From Tepidisphaerales bacterium (GTDB taxonomy: Bacteria > Planctomycetota > Phycisphaerae > Tepidisphaerales > Tepidisphaeraceae), in the NCBI GenBank assembly GCA_038247815.1, contig JBBRUM010000001.1:1-34376 (forward strand): a DNA stretch of 34,376 bases. Reading direction: 5' to 3'. The position numbers were made by a program, and so were the translations under genes. Below the pieces are notes generated by a model, which was given only the letters and a program-made list of their open reading frames with translations, did not search any database and was not told the origin of the DNA. Below are positions 18,729-26,898 of the stretch, in pieces (the stretch's first letter is position 1; each line of letters starts with the position of its first letter).

Positions 18729-18980
18729 ATGTTCCTAACCGTCGAAAAACGGGGAAACACCCTGGTCGTCTGAATCCCAACCGCCCTCGCCGCGAAGGTC
18801 AATCTCACCGAGGGCTGCCAAGTGACCACCGAACACGTCGACGACACCCTCGTCGTCCGGCCGGTCCGTCGCCATGGACGCGTTTGCTTAACCCTCCAGT
18901 TGCTGCTCGCAAAATGCAAACCGCATAATCGCCACGGCGAACTCGACCGGTCAGGACCCGTCGGCCGCGAAATCATCTGA
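18729..18980 (+). pseudogene. AbrB/MazE-family antitoxin gene interrupted by an in-frame TGA at codon 15
   Basis: MFLTVEKRGNTLVV*IPTALAAKVNLTEGCQVTTEHVDDTLVVRPVRR...KPHNRHGELDRSGPVGREII all lies in one frame. It aligns with the MazE pattern WGNS.AVRIP..L...L..G..V......G.L.I.P. The stop at 18771-18773 sits where the conserved Arg (CGA) is expected. Confidence 0.75.
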
Positions 18981-19023
18981 CGGATCAGTCAGCCCGGGCT
19001 ACCCGGCGGCCGAACAGCCCAGC

Positions 19024-19992
19024 CTACCCGTCCCTTTTCTTCTTCCGCCATAGCCCGTTGAAAATGTCGAACATCGCCCCCCCGATGTTCACCACGCTCA
19101 GCTCCGGTATCGGCAGCCCCCTCCCCCCCTTCAGATCTCCCGACCACACCCCCTTTGCCACACCCCGAATCACCCGAAACGGCGCGAGCAGCTTGTCCCG
19201 CGTCGAGGTCCGCTCAGCCGTACCGTTCGGCCTGAACAACAGCACCGTCACATCGTCCGAGTGCAGATTCCCCGGATGCTCAGCCGCCACCGCCAGCAGG
19301 AGCTTCGGAATCACCACCGCCGGATCGACCGTCCCCAATCCTTCCACGATCCGCACAAGTCCTTCCGTGCCCAATTGGCTCCCGTCGGCCGCGCTCGCCT
19401 CCATCAGCGAGTCGGTGTAGCACAGCACGATGTCCCCAGTCTGCAATTGGATGTCCAAATGCTCGTACTGGCTCATGTCCAGAATCCCCAGCGGCAGGTT
19501 CGCCGGTTCGTCGCCGTCCACCGTCTGCTCCAGCGCCGACCACCTCCCCTCCGCCGCCCGATACAACAGCGGAGCCGGGTGCCCCGCGTTGCACAGCGTC
19601 AGTTGCCGCGTCGGCGCGAAAAACGTCGTCACCAGCGCCGTCGCAAAAATCTCCGCCCGAGACATCTCCGTGAACCGTGCGTTCATCATCTTCACAAACT
19701 GCCCCTGGTCGAGGTAGTTCACAAACCGCCGCATGAGGTTCCGCAGATCCCGCCCGATCTCCTCCACCTCCGTCCCATGCCCCGACACGTCCGCCAGCAA
19801 CAGACGAACAATCCGTCCCGTCGCGCACGCCGACACGTAGTGCACGTCGCCCCCGCCTGCAGCCTGTTTGTACGGCTTGGAATACACCCAAGCGTCCAGC
19901 CCCGACATTGAAACGCTCGTGTCGACGGACGTATTGCCCCCCCAGACTTCCATGCACGTCATCCGCCCGGGGTCGCTCGACGTCGCGTCCAT
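19024..19992 (-). CDS. SpoIIE/PP2C-family protein phosphatase (stand-alone catalytic domain plus a short C-terminal tail)
   Basis: [50 protein letters not shown]. The start is set at the ATG at 19992. Confidence 0.85.
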   Translation of the reverse strand: MDATSSDPGRMTCMEVWGGNTSVDTSVSMSGLDAWVYSKPYKQAAGGGDVHYVSACATGRIVRLLLADVSGHGTEVEEIGRDLRNLMRRFVNYLDQGQFVKMMNARFTEMSRAEIFATALVTTFFAPTRQLTLCNAGHPAPLLYRAAEGRWSALEQTVDGDEPANLPLGILDMSQYEHLDIQLQTGDIVLCYTDSLMEASAADGSQLGTEGLVRIVEGLGTVDPAVVIPKLLLAVAAEHPGNLHSDDVTVLLFRPNGTAERTSTRDKLLAPFRVIRGVAKGVWSGDLKGGRGLPIPELSVVNIGGAMFDIFNGLWRKKKRDG

Positions 19993-20105
19993 CACGCCAA
20001 GTTTACCGCATCCCGCCCCTCGGGGGCGCAACCTATCCCGCCCTTGACGGAACATTCCCCAAACACGCGCGCCGCCCGAGACCTCCCGCGACCCGTCCGC
20101 GGCCA

Positions 20106-20111
20106 TATACT
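20106..20111 (+). promoter_or_regulatory. TATACT -10-like box 7 nt upstream of the trxB ATG
   Basis: Read directly from the sequence. No convincing -35 box. The geometry is the same as the gatB box. Confidence 0.25.
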
Positions 20112-20118
20112 TAACCAT

Positions 20119-21108
20119 ATGTCAGATTCGAAAAACATCGAAAAGCTCGTCATCATCGGCTCGGGCCCCGCCGGCTGGACCGCCGCCATCTACGCCGCCC
20201 GTGCCATGCTCCAGCCGGTCGTTTATGAAGGCGCCATCTCCGAGGAAAACCGCCTCCGCGGCACCCTCCCTCTCGGCCAGCTCAACCTCACCACAGAGGT
20301 CGAAAACTTCCCCGGCTTTCCCAAGGGCATCATGGGCCCCGAGCTCATGTCCGCCATGCGCGAGCAATCCGAGCACGCCGGCGCAAAAATCCTCACCGAA
20401 GACGTCGTCACCGTCGACCTCTCCAAGCGCCCTTTCGTCCTGACCGACTCTGCCGGCACGACCCTCTCGGCCCACGCGGTGATCATCGCCACCGGCGCCA
20501 GCGCCAACTACCTCGGCTTGCCGTCGGAGGAGAAGTACAAGAACCTCGGCGTCTCCGCGTGCGCCGTCTGCGACGGGGCGCTCCCGCGCTTCCGCGACCA
20601 GCCGCTGATCATCGTCGGCGGCGGCGACACCGCCTGCGAGGAGGGCAACTACCTCACCAAGTTCGCCAGCGTCGTCCACCTCGTCCACCGTCGCGACACC
20701 CTCCGCGCCTCCAAAATCATGGCCGAGCGCACGCTCAACAACCCCAAGATCCGTCCCGTTTGGAACTCCGTCGTCGAGGAAGTCCTCGGCAACGACTCCA
20801 CCGGTATGACCGGAGTCCGCGTGAAGAACCTCAAAACCGGCGAAATGCAAACCATCGACGCCGCCGGCATGTTCGTCGCCATCGGCCACACGCCCAACAT
20901 CGGCTTCCTCAAGGGCCAGCTCCCCACCGATCCCAACAAGTTCATCGTTCTGCCCAACCCCGCCAGCAGCTACACCAACATCGAGGGCGTCTTCGCCGCC
21001 GGCGACGTTCACGACAGCATCTACAAACAAGCCATCACCGCCGCCGGCAGCGGCTGCAAAGCCGCCCTCGACGCCGAACGCTGGCTGGCCTCCAAGGGAG
21101 TGCACTGA
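20119..21108 (+). CDS. trxB: Thioredoxin-disulfide reductase
   Basis: IIGSGPAG, redox [25 protein letters not shown]. The start is set at the ATG at 20119 ([19 protein letters not shown]). Confidence 0.95.
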   Translation: MSDSKNIEKLVIIGSGPAGWTAAIYAARAMLQPVVYEGAISEENRLRGTLPLGQLNLTTEVENFPGFPKGIMGPELMSAMREQSEHAGAKILTEDVVTVDLSKRPFVLTDSAGTTLSAHAVIIATGASANYLGLPSEEKYKNLGVSACAVCDGALPRFRDQPLIIVGGGDTACEEGNYLTKFASVVHLVHRRDTLRASKIMAERTLNNPKIRPVWNSVVEEVLGNDSTGMTGVRVKNLKTGEMQTIDAAGMFVAIGHTPNIGFLKGQLPTDPNKFIVLPNPASSYTNIEGVFAAGDVHDSIYKQAITAAGSGCKAALDAERWLASKGVH

Positions 21109-21156
21109 CCTGCCCGTCGTGGGCGGGTGGTGGTCTTCGGACTTATCACGGGCAGG
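21109..21156 (+). terminator. Hairpin immediately after the trxB stop (9-bp stem CCTGCCCGT/ACGGGCAGG, 30-nt loop with an inner GTC-TTCG-GAC hairpin); no U-tract
   Basis: Stem pairs 21109-21117 with 21148-21156 (hand pairing). Terminator function is uncertain because no T-run follows. Confidence 0.3.
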
Positions 21157-21325
21157 GACACAGAGAAGGAAGACGGCTGCGCCCGCTGAGTGAGAGAGCG
21201 CAACGAGTATTGTGAATTGATGCACAGAAATTTCACCTGCGTCTGCTCTCCGTCCCCTAATCTCGCCAAGTCTCTCCCTCCCCTCTGACTTCCCCCGCGT
21301 AAAGCGTTCTTCTACCATCCCCCGA

Positions 21326-21748
21326 GTGCACTCTCCGCGCCCCAACTCGTTCCCACACTCCTCCCGCATGCACGGGCCGGAGTCGTTTCGCGCGGTGTAC
21401 GACCGCGGCGTACGCGAGTCAGCCGGGCCGTTCGTCGGCATAGCGGGTCGGACCGGTAGCGGGGGGGGCATGCGCCTCGGCATTTCCGCGCCCCGCAAAG
21501 TCGGAAACGCCGTCACGCGCAACCGCGTCAAACGCCGGCTCCGCGAAGCCTTCCGAACCCTCAAACACCTCCACACCCCCGGCGTCGATCTCGTCATCCT
21601 CATCCGACCCCACAAGCCCCTCCCCTCTGCCGACGTCCGCGCCAAGGTCGAACGCCTCCTGCAAAAATTCGCCGCCCGAACCGCCCTCACTCCCCTCCCC
21701 CACCTAAATCCGCCCACGGTGGAACCGCCGCCTCCCGCGCCCCAATGA
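21326..21748 (+). CDS. rnpA: Ribonuclease P protein component
   Basis: FRAVYDRG..., RLGISAPRKVGNAVTRNRVKRRLREAFR (RNR motif). GTG start at 21326; an alternative ATG is at 21368. Confidence 0.85.
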   Translation: MHSPRPNSFPHSSRMHGPESFRAVYDRGVRESAGPFVGIAGRTGSGGGMRLGISAPRKVGNAVTRNRVKRRLREAFRTLKHLHTPGVDLVILIRPHKPLPSADVRAKVERLLQKFAARTALTPLPHLNPPTVEPPPPAPQ

Positions 21749-21758
21749 TCCGCCCGCC

Positions 21759-22559
21759 ATGGTCGAACTCGCCAAAAAATGGACGGCTTCCAAGCCCTTC
21801 TGCGTCGTTGTCACCACCTGCATCCTGCTCAATGCGGCGCTGCTCGGTGTCGAAACCAGTCAAACCGTCATGGCCGCAGCGGGGACATATCTGAATGTCT
21901 TCAACTACATCTTCAAAGCCATCTTCCTCGTAGAAATCATCCTCCGACTCATCGCCTTCCACCCTAATTATCGCCGGTTCTTCAAAGACGGCTGGAACGT
22001 GTTCGATTTTGTGATCGTCGCAATCACCACCGTCCCCCTCGGCGGCGACTACGCCAACGTCGGCCGGGTGCTGAGGCTTCTCCGAGTGATCCGCCTCGTC
22101 ACCGTCTCCGACGAGCTTAAGCTCATCGTCAGCACTATGTTCCGCTCGATCCCCTCGATGGGGCACGTGATCTTGTTACTGTCGATGCTGTTGTACGTCT
22201 ATGGCGTCGCCGGCTTTTACATGTTCCACACCGTCGACCCCGAGAACTGGGGCACGCTCGGCCGCTCGCTGCTGAGTCTGTTTCAGGTCGTCACCCTCGA
22301 AGGCTGGCCGGACTTTCAGCGCAACGTGCTTCCCCAGCGGCCGTGGGCGTGGTTGTACTTCGCAACCTTCATCGTCATCGGCGTCTTCGTGGTGATCAAC
22401 CTCTTCATCGCCGTCGTCATGAACAACCTCGACAAAGCCAAGGAGGAGCAACGGGCCCTGGCGGACAGCAAGCTCCCCGGCGGCGACATCCTCGCCCGCC
22501 TCGAGCGACTCAAGACCGAGATCGACGAGATCGAGCGGTACATCCGCAACAAGGGATGA
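21759..22559 (+). CDS. Voltage-gated ion channel, single 6-TM domain (BacNav/NaChBac-like)
   Basis: S4 helix RVLRLLRVIRL has four Arg residues at every third position. Pore FQVVTLEGWPD. C-terminal coiled coil LARLERLKTEIDEIERYI. Confidence 0.85.
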   Translation: MVELAKKWTASKPFCVVVTTCILLNAALLGVETSQTVMAAAGTYLNVFNYIFKAIFLVEIILRLIAFHPNYRRFFKDGWNVFDFVIVAITTVPLGGDYANVGRVLRLLRVIRLVTVSDELKLIVSTMFRSIPSMGHVILLLSMLLYVYGVAGFYMFHTVDPENWGTLGRSLLSLFQVVTLEGWPDFQRNVLPQRPWAWLYFATFIVIGVFVVINLFIAVVMNNLDKAKEEQRALADSKLPGGDILARLERLKTEIDEIERYIRNKG

Positions 22560-22689
22560 GTTCACCGCCCTCCCCGTGGCAAGGGGTCGCAGACAATCGA
22601 TCTTGCGATTGCGTGGAGAGTTGCAAGGGAGGTTGCGCCTGCGATAATCCCGCCCCGTCCGCTACACTGCGGCGGAAGGAAACAAACCC

Positions 22690-23658
22690 ATGAAACGCGC
22701 AAAACTATCCATCATCGGTGCCGGAAACGTCGGGGCCACCTGTGCCCACTTCGCAGCCGGCAAGGAACTCGCCGACATCGTCCTGCTCGACATCCCCGAG
22801 CTTCCCGACCCCAAAGACCCCACCAAAAAGCTCCCCAACACCATGCCCGCCGGCAAGGCGCTGGACCTCTACGAGGCCACCCCCGTCATGGGCGTGGACA
22901 GTCGCATCACCGGCACGACCGACTACAAAGACACCGCCGACTCCGACGTGGTCATCGTCACCGCCGGCTTGCCGCGCAAGCCCGGCATGAGCCGCGACGA
23001 CCTGATCGCCATCAACACCGTCATCGTCCGCGAGGTCGCCGCCAAGGTCGCGCAGTATTCGCCCAACGCGGTGATGATCGTCGTCTCCAACCCGCTGGAC
23101 GCGATGGTTTACGTCGCGTGGAAAGCCTCGGGCTTCCCGGCGCACCGCGTGCTCGGGCAAGCCGGCGTCCTGGACACCGCGCGGTACCGCTCGTTTCTCG
23201 CGGCAGAGGTCGGCTGCTCGGTCGAGGACGTCCAAGCCTTGCTCCTCGGCGGCCACGGCGACGACATGGTGCCCCTCGCCCGATACACCTTCGCAGGCGG
23301 CATCCCCATCACCCAGCTCGTCAAACCCGAACGCCTCGAGGAGATCATCAAACGCGCCCGCAGCGGCGGGGCCGAGATCGTCAACCTCCTCCGCACCGGC
23401 AGCGCCTACTACGCCCCAGCCGCCGCCACCATCCAAATGGCCGAAGCCGTCATCAAAGACAAAAAACGCATCCTCCCCGTCGCCGCCTACTGCGACAAGG
23501 AATACGGAATCGGCGGATTCTTCGTCGGCGTCCCAGCCATCGTCGGCACGAAGGGCGTCGAAAAGATCATCGAAGTCGAACTCGACGCGAAGGAGAAGGA
23601 AGCCTTCGGCATCTCCGTGCAGCACGTGAAGGAATTGGTCGCGGCTGTGAAGATGTAG
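22690..23658 (+). CDS. mdh: Malate dehydrogenase (LDH-like MDH)
   Basis: [21 protein letters not shown] (MDH-type Arg), GGHGDDMVP. Confidence 0.95.
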   Translation: MKRAKLSIIGAGNVGATCAHFAAGKELADIVLLDIPELPDPKDPTKKLPNTMPAGKALDLYEATPVMGVDSRITGTTDYKDTADSDVVIVTAGLPRKPGMSRDDLIAINTVIVREVAAKVAQYSPNAVMIVVSNPLDAMVYVAWKASGFPAHRVLGQAGVLDTARYRSFLAAEVGCSVEDVQALLLGGHGDDMVPLARYTFAGGIPITQLVKPERLEEIIKRARSGGAEIVNLLRTGSAYYAPAAATIQMAEAVIKDKKRILPVAAYCDKEYGIGGFFVGVPAIVGTKGVEKIIEVELDAKEKEAFGISVQHVKELVAAVKM

Positions 23659-23681
23659 CCGAAGTTTTTGAATAACGGACA

Positions 23682-23714
23682 AAAGGCGTGCCACACTTTT
23701 GGTGGCACGCCTTT
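23682..23714. terminator. Bidirectional intrinsic terminator between convergent mdh and rnr
   Basis: Perfect 13-bp stem AAAGGCGTGCCAC / GTGGCACGCCTTT with a 7-nt loop. It is flanked by T-rich sequence on the plus strand (TTTCTCGTTT) and A-rich sequence upstream (T-run on the minus strand). Confidence 0.75.
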
Positions 23715-23754
23715 CTCGTTTGGCTGCGGGACAGTCCGCCCCCAATCGTCGACG

Positions 23755-26307
23755 TTACCGGGACCTCTTGCGGTTGTCCTTCGCCTTGGGCGCTGCAGCT
23801 CGCTTTTGCGAACTGGAGGTTTTGTTCTTGTCGGAAGTGCCGCTCTTCGCGGGCGCAGGTGGCTGTTTCGCGGTGGGTCCGCCACTGCGCCGACCACCTC
23901 CGCCTCCGCCTCCGCGATGGCCGCCACCACCCCCACCACTGCGGGGTCCGCCGCCGCCGCGACTCTCGCCACCACCGCCACCACCGCCACCTCTGCGGCC
24001 GCCACCGCCGCCACCGCCGCCGCCGCCTCGATTCCCACCCCCGCCGTTGCCCCCGCCTCGGCGGGGGTTTTGGTGGTTGGGGACGATGGCGATCTCTTCG
24101 CGGGTTAGCCGGCTGGTGAGTTCGGTGATAGACAGCGAGAGCTCCCGCCGGGCGGGGTCGACGCGGACGACGCGGGTGATGCAGGCGTCGCCGATGCCGA
24201 TGCGCTTTCCCGTTCGCTGGCCGCGGATCAGGCCGGCTTTCTCGTCGACATCCCACCAGTCGTCCATCAGGTCCTCGTAGCGGATGAGCCCCTCGATGAG
24301 ATATTCGGTGATCTGCACGAAGATTCCGAAGTTGGTGATTCCCGTGACGACGCCGGAGAACTCCTCCCCGATCTTGCCGGCCAGGAGGGTGAGGAGCTTG
24401 ACCTGCCGGAGCTCGCGTTCGGCGGCTTCGGCGCGGCGCTCGGTGAAGGACATGTGGCGGCCCTGGGTGACGAGGTCGTCGAACGACGGTACGTCGTCGA
24501 GGTTGACCTTCCCGCGCTTCCCGCCGGCGCCTTCGCGGGCGGTGATGTAGGCCTTGAGAAGCCGGTGGATCATCAAGTCCGCGTACCGGCGGATGGGCGA
24601 AGTGAAGTGCGTGTAGTGGTCAGACGCCAGGGCGTAGTGCCCGTCTACCTGCGGGGAATACTCCGCACGCGTAAGCGACTTGAGCACCGCGAGGTTGATC
24701 GCGTAGGCCTCGGGTCGGCCGCGGGTGGCAACCACCAGCGCCTGGATCGCGTGGCGATCCAGCACCTTGGGCAGCTTGTGCCCGGCGACGGTGACGAATT
24801 TCGTCAGCCGCTCGGAGTCGCGCAGGTCGGGCTCGGGGTGGATTCGGCGGATAAAGGGGACATCCAGCGAGTGCAGCAGTCGGGCGACAGCTTCGTTGGC
24901 TTCGACCATGAACATTTCGATAAGCGTGTGCGTGAAGGACGTGTCCTCGCGCTCGGTGCCGACGACCTTGCCGTCTTCGTCGAGCGTGAGTTGCACCTCG
25001 GGGAGGTCCAGCACGAGCTGCCCAGCCGCCAGGCGGCGCTTTTGAATCCTTTTGGCGAGCTGGTTCATGTCCATCAGCAGCTCGATGACCTCCGGCGCGT
25101 AGTCCGAGCGTTTCTTGGCCCCGTCGGGGTGGAAGATCTCGTCCCTGCCGTCGATGAGGTCTTGGGCTTCGCGGTAGCGCAGACGTTTGGCGGAGGTGAT
25201 GAGCGTTTCGGCGAACTTCGCGCTGGCGGGTTTCGAGTCGCGATCGAGCGTGATGAACGCGCTTTTGCACAAACGCGGTACGCCCTCCTGCAGCGAACAA
25301 ACGCCGTTGCTCAGCACCTCGGGGAGCATGGGAATCACGAACCCCGGGAAGTAGGTTGAGTTTCCGCGCTGCTTGGCTTCGACGTCCAGCGCCGAACCTT
25401 CTGTGACGAAGTGAGACACATCGGCGATGTGCACGCCGAGTTCGGTGCGTCCGTCGGCGAGTTTGCGGAGGGAGATCGCGTCGTCGTAGTCCTTGGCGTC
25501 GTCGGGGTCGATGGTGACCACGAGCTGGTCGGAGAGGTCGATGCGGCGCTGGCGTTCGAACTCGGGGTCGAAGCTTGCGGTGGCGGCGTGGGCGGCGGCT
25601 TTGACCTCCTCGGGGAACTCGCCGGGGAGGTTGTGCTGGATGATGACGGACCTGAGGTCGACGTCTTTCTCGCCGGCTGCGCCGAGGACCTCGATGATGA
25701 CGCCGACGGCTTCGCCGGCGCCCTCGGGATACTCGGTGATCTCGACGACGACCTTCGTGCCGGCGCGGATGTGCCGCGAGCCTGCGTCGGGGGTGGAGAT
25801 CGGTGCGGTCAGCGCGTTGCCGTCCGGCAGGACGTACCAGCGGTTTTGCACCTTGGTGAGTTCGCCGACGAACCGCGAGTTGCCGCGCTCCATGACCTCG
25901 ATGATCCGGCCGGAGTAGAGCGCCTTGCCGTCGCGCTCGCCGCGTGAGGCGATGATGGCGCGGACCTTGTCGCCGTTGAGCGCGCCGTTGTTCTCGCCGG
26001 GCGGGATGAACAGGTCTTCCTTGGCCGTCGGGTCCGACGGCGTGACGAAGCCAAAGCCCCGCCGGTTGTGCGAATAGGTTCCGATGAACCCGTCCGACTT
26101 TTCGTGCGAACCGGGGAGCACGAGGCATCCCCGCTGGCCGAGCACGACGCGACCCTGGTCCATGAGCGCGCGGAGCGCGTCGCGGAAAGTCGAATAGGCG
26201 TCGTCGGTGTGAAGTTCGAGGTCTCGGGCGAGGTTGCGCGGCTTGGCCGGCTGGTAGCGCTCGCTCTTGAGGTGGGAAAGGATACGTGACTGAATGGATT
26301 CTGACAT
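23755..26307 (-). CDS. rnr: Ribonuclease R (RNase II/VacB family) with a Gly/Arg-rich C-terminal tail
   Basis: N-terminal HTH, cold-shock-like domains, RNB motif IDPDDAKDYDDA, S1 domain GVVTGITNFGIFVQI, then about 100 aa of RGG-like and Lys-rich low complexity. Confidence 0.95.
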   Translation of the reverse strand: MSESIQSRILSHLKSERYQPAKPRNLARDLELHTDDAYSTFRDALRALMDQGRVVLGQRGCLVLPGSHEKSDGFIGTYSHNRRGFGFVTPSDPTAKEDLFIPPGENNGALNGDKVRAIIASRGERDGKALYSGRIIEVMERGNSRFVGELTKVQNRWYVLPDGNALTAPISTPDAGSRHIRAGTKVVVEITEYPEGAGEAVGVIIEVLGAAGEKDVDLRSVIIQHNLPGEFPEEVKAAAHAATASFDPEFERQRRIDLSDQLVVTIDPDDAKDYDDAISLRKLADGRTELGVHIADVSHFVTEGSALDVEAKQRGNSTYFPGFVIPMLPEVLSNGVCSLQEGVPRLCKSAFITLDRDSKPASAKFAETLITSAKRLRYREAQDLIDGRDEIFHPDGAKKRSDYAPEVIELLMDMNQLAKRIQKRRLAAGQLVLDLPEVQLTLDEDGKVVGTEREDTSFTHTLIEMFMVEANEAVARLLHSLDVPFIRRIHPEPDLRDSERLTKFVTVAGHKLPKVLDRHAIQALVVATRGRPEAYAINLAVLKSLTRAEYSPQVDGHYALASDHYTHFTSPIRRYADLMIHRLLKAYITAREGAGGKRGKVNLDDVPSFDDLVTQGRHMSFTERRAEAAERELRQVKLLTLLAGKIGEEFSGVVTGITNFGIFVQITEYLIEGLIRYEDLMDDWWDVDEKAGLIRGQRTGKRIGIGDACITRVVRVDPARRELSLSITELTSRLTREEIAIVPNHQNPRRGGGNGGGGNRGGGGGGGGGGRRGGGGGGGGESRGGGGPRSGGGGGGHRGGGGGGGRRSGGPTAKQPPAPAKSGTSDKNKTSSSQKRAAAPKAKDNRKRSR

Positions 26308-26587
26308 TCTGGGATCAATCTAACCGCGGAGGCGCGTAAATCGCGGCGGAAAAACAAAAGTTGCGCTGCAAAGCCCGCCCGCCGGGAACAGTTCCACGAT
26401 CGGGCGTTTGCGTCTCAGACGGCTTTGGTATGTGCTTGAAAAGGGTAGGAGCTTTGGGATAAAAGGGGAAACCAACGGGTTGATTCGGCCAGCCGGGTCA
26501 GGCCGGGCAGCCAAGGCGAGTGGAATTATGTCGTGAACACAGGCAAAGAGTGGTGGTGGGTGGGGAGGGGGTGAGACGAACCTGAGT

Positions 26588-26866
26588 TTACCGTCCGCCG
26601 GCGATCGCCGGGACGATGGAGATTTCGTCGCCATCTTTCAGGGGGGTCTCAAGATTCTTCAGGAAACGGACATCCTCGTCGTTGAGGTAGATGTTGACAT
26701 ATCGGTTCAATTGGCCCGGGGCTTTGAATAGCCTTGCTTCGATCCCGGCCGCCTTGCCCTTTAGCGATTCCAACGCCTCGCCTACCGTACCGCCGGCGGT
26801 TTCAATCGCGGCGGCTCCGTTGGTAAACATGCGAAGGGGGGACGGAATTCGGATCTTGATGGCCAT
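26588..26866 (-). CDS. CysO/MoaD/ThiS-family ubiquitin-like sulfur-carrier protein, C-terminus ...AIAGG-R
   Basis: 92 aa. IPSPLRMFTNG...VNIYLNDEDVRF...DGDEISIVPAIAGGR matches the CysO/MoaD beta-grasp pattern as I recall it. The start is set at the ATG at 26866. Confidence 0.85.
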   Translation of the reverse strand: MAIKIRIPSPLRMFTNGAAAIETAGGTVGEALESLKGKAAGIEARLFKAPGQLNRYVNIYLNDEDVRFLKNLETPLKDGDEISIVPAIAGGR

Positions 26867-26898
26867 TTTCTTACTTACTCTCCTCGGAAACATGCTAG

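Noticed and set aside
18771-18773. Possibility that the in-frame TGA in the MazE-like gene is recoded (Sec, Trp or Gly)
   Set aside because: TGA clearly terminates gatB, trxB, the PhyH gene and others in this window. No SECIS-like hairpin follows, and the family has Arg (CGA) at this position, so a nonsense mutation is the simplest reading.
18725-18976. The 83-aa minus-strand ORF listed in the track
   Set aside because: The opposite strand encodes an almost full-length MazE/AbrB-like sequence, which explains the open frame. The minus-strand product has no recognisable features.
20122-21717. A 531-aa minus-strand ORF antisense to trxB and rnpA
   Set aside because: It is a shadow frame running through two well-supported genes and the spacer between them, with no motifs. 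The same reasoning applies to 1129..2271 (antisense to gatB), 27974..29221 (antisense to the thrC-like gene), 9811..10725, 11432..12676, 14068..15288, 17692..18567, 22705..23745 and 24620..26128.
23699-24280. A plus-strand ORF encoding poly-Pro/Arg runs (…PPPPPPPRWPPPPPPLRGPPPP…)
   Set aside because: It is the complement of the GGN-repeat tract encoding the RNase R Gly/Arg tail, so it is an artefact of the repeat and not a proline-rich protein gene.
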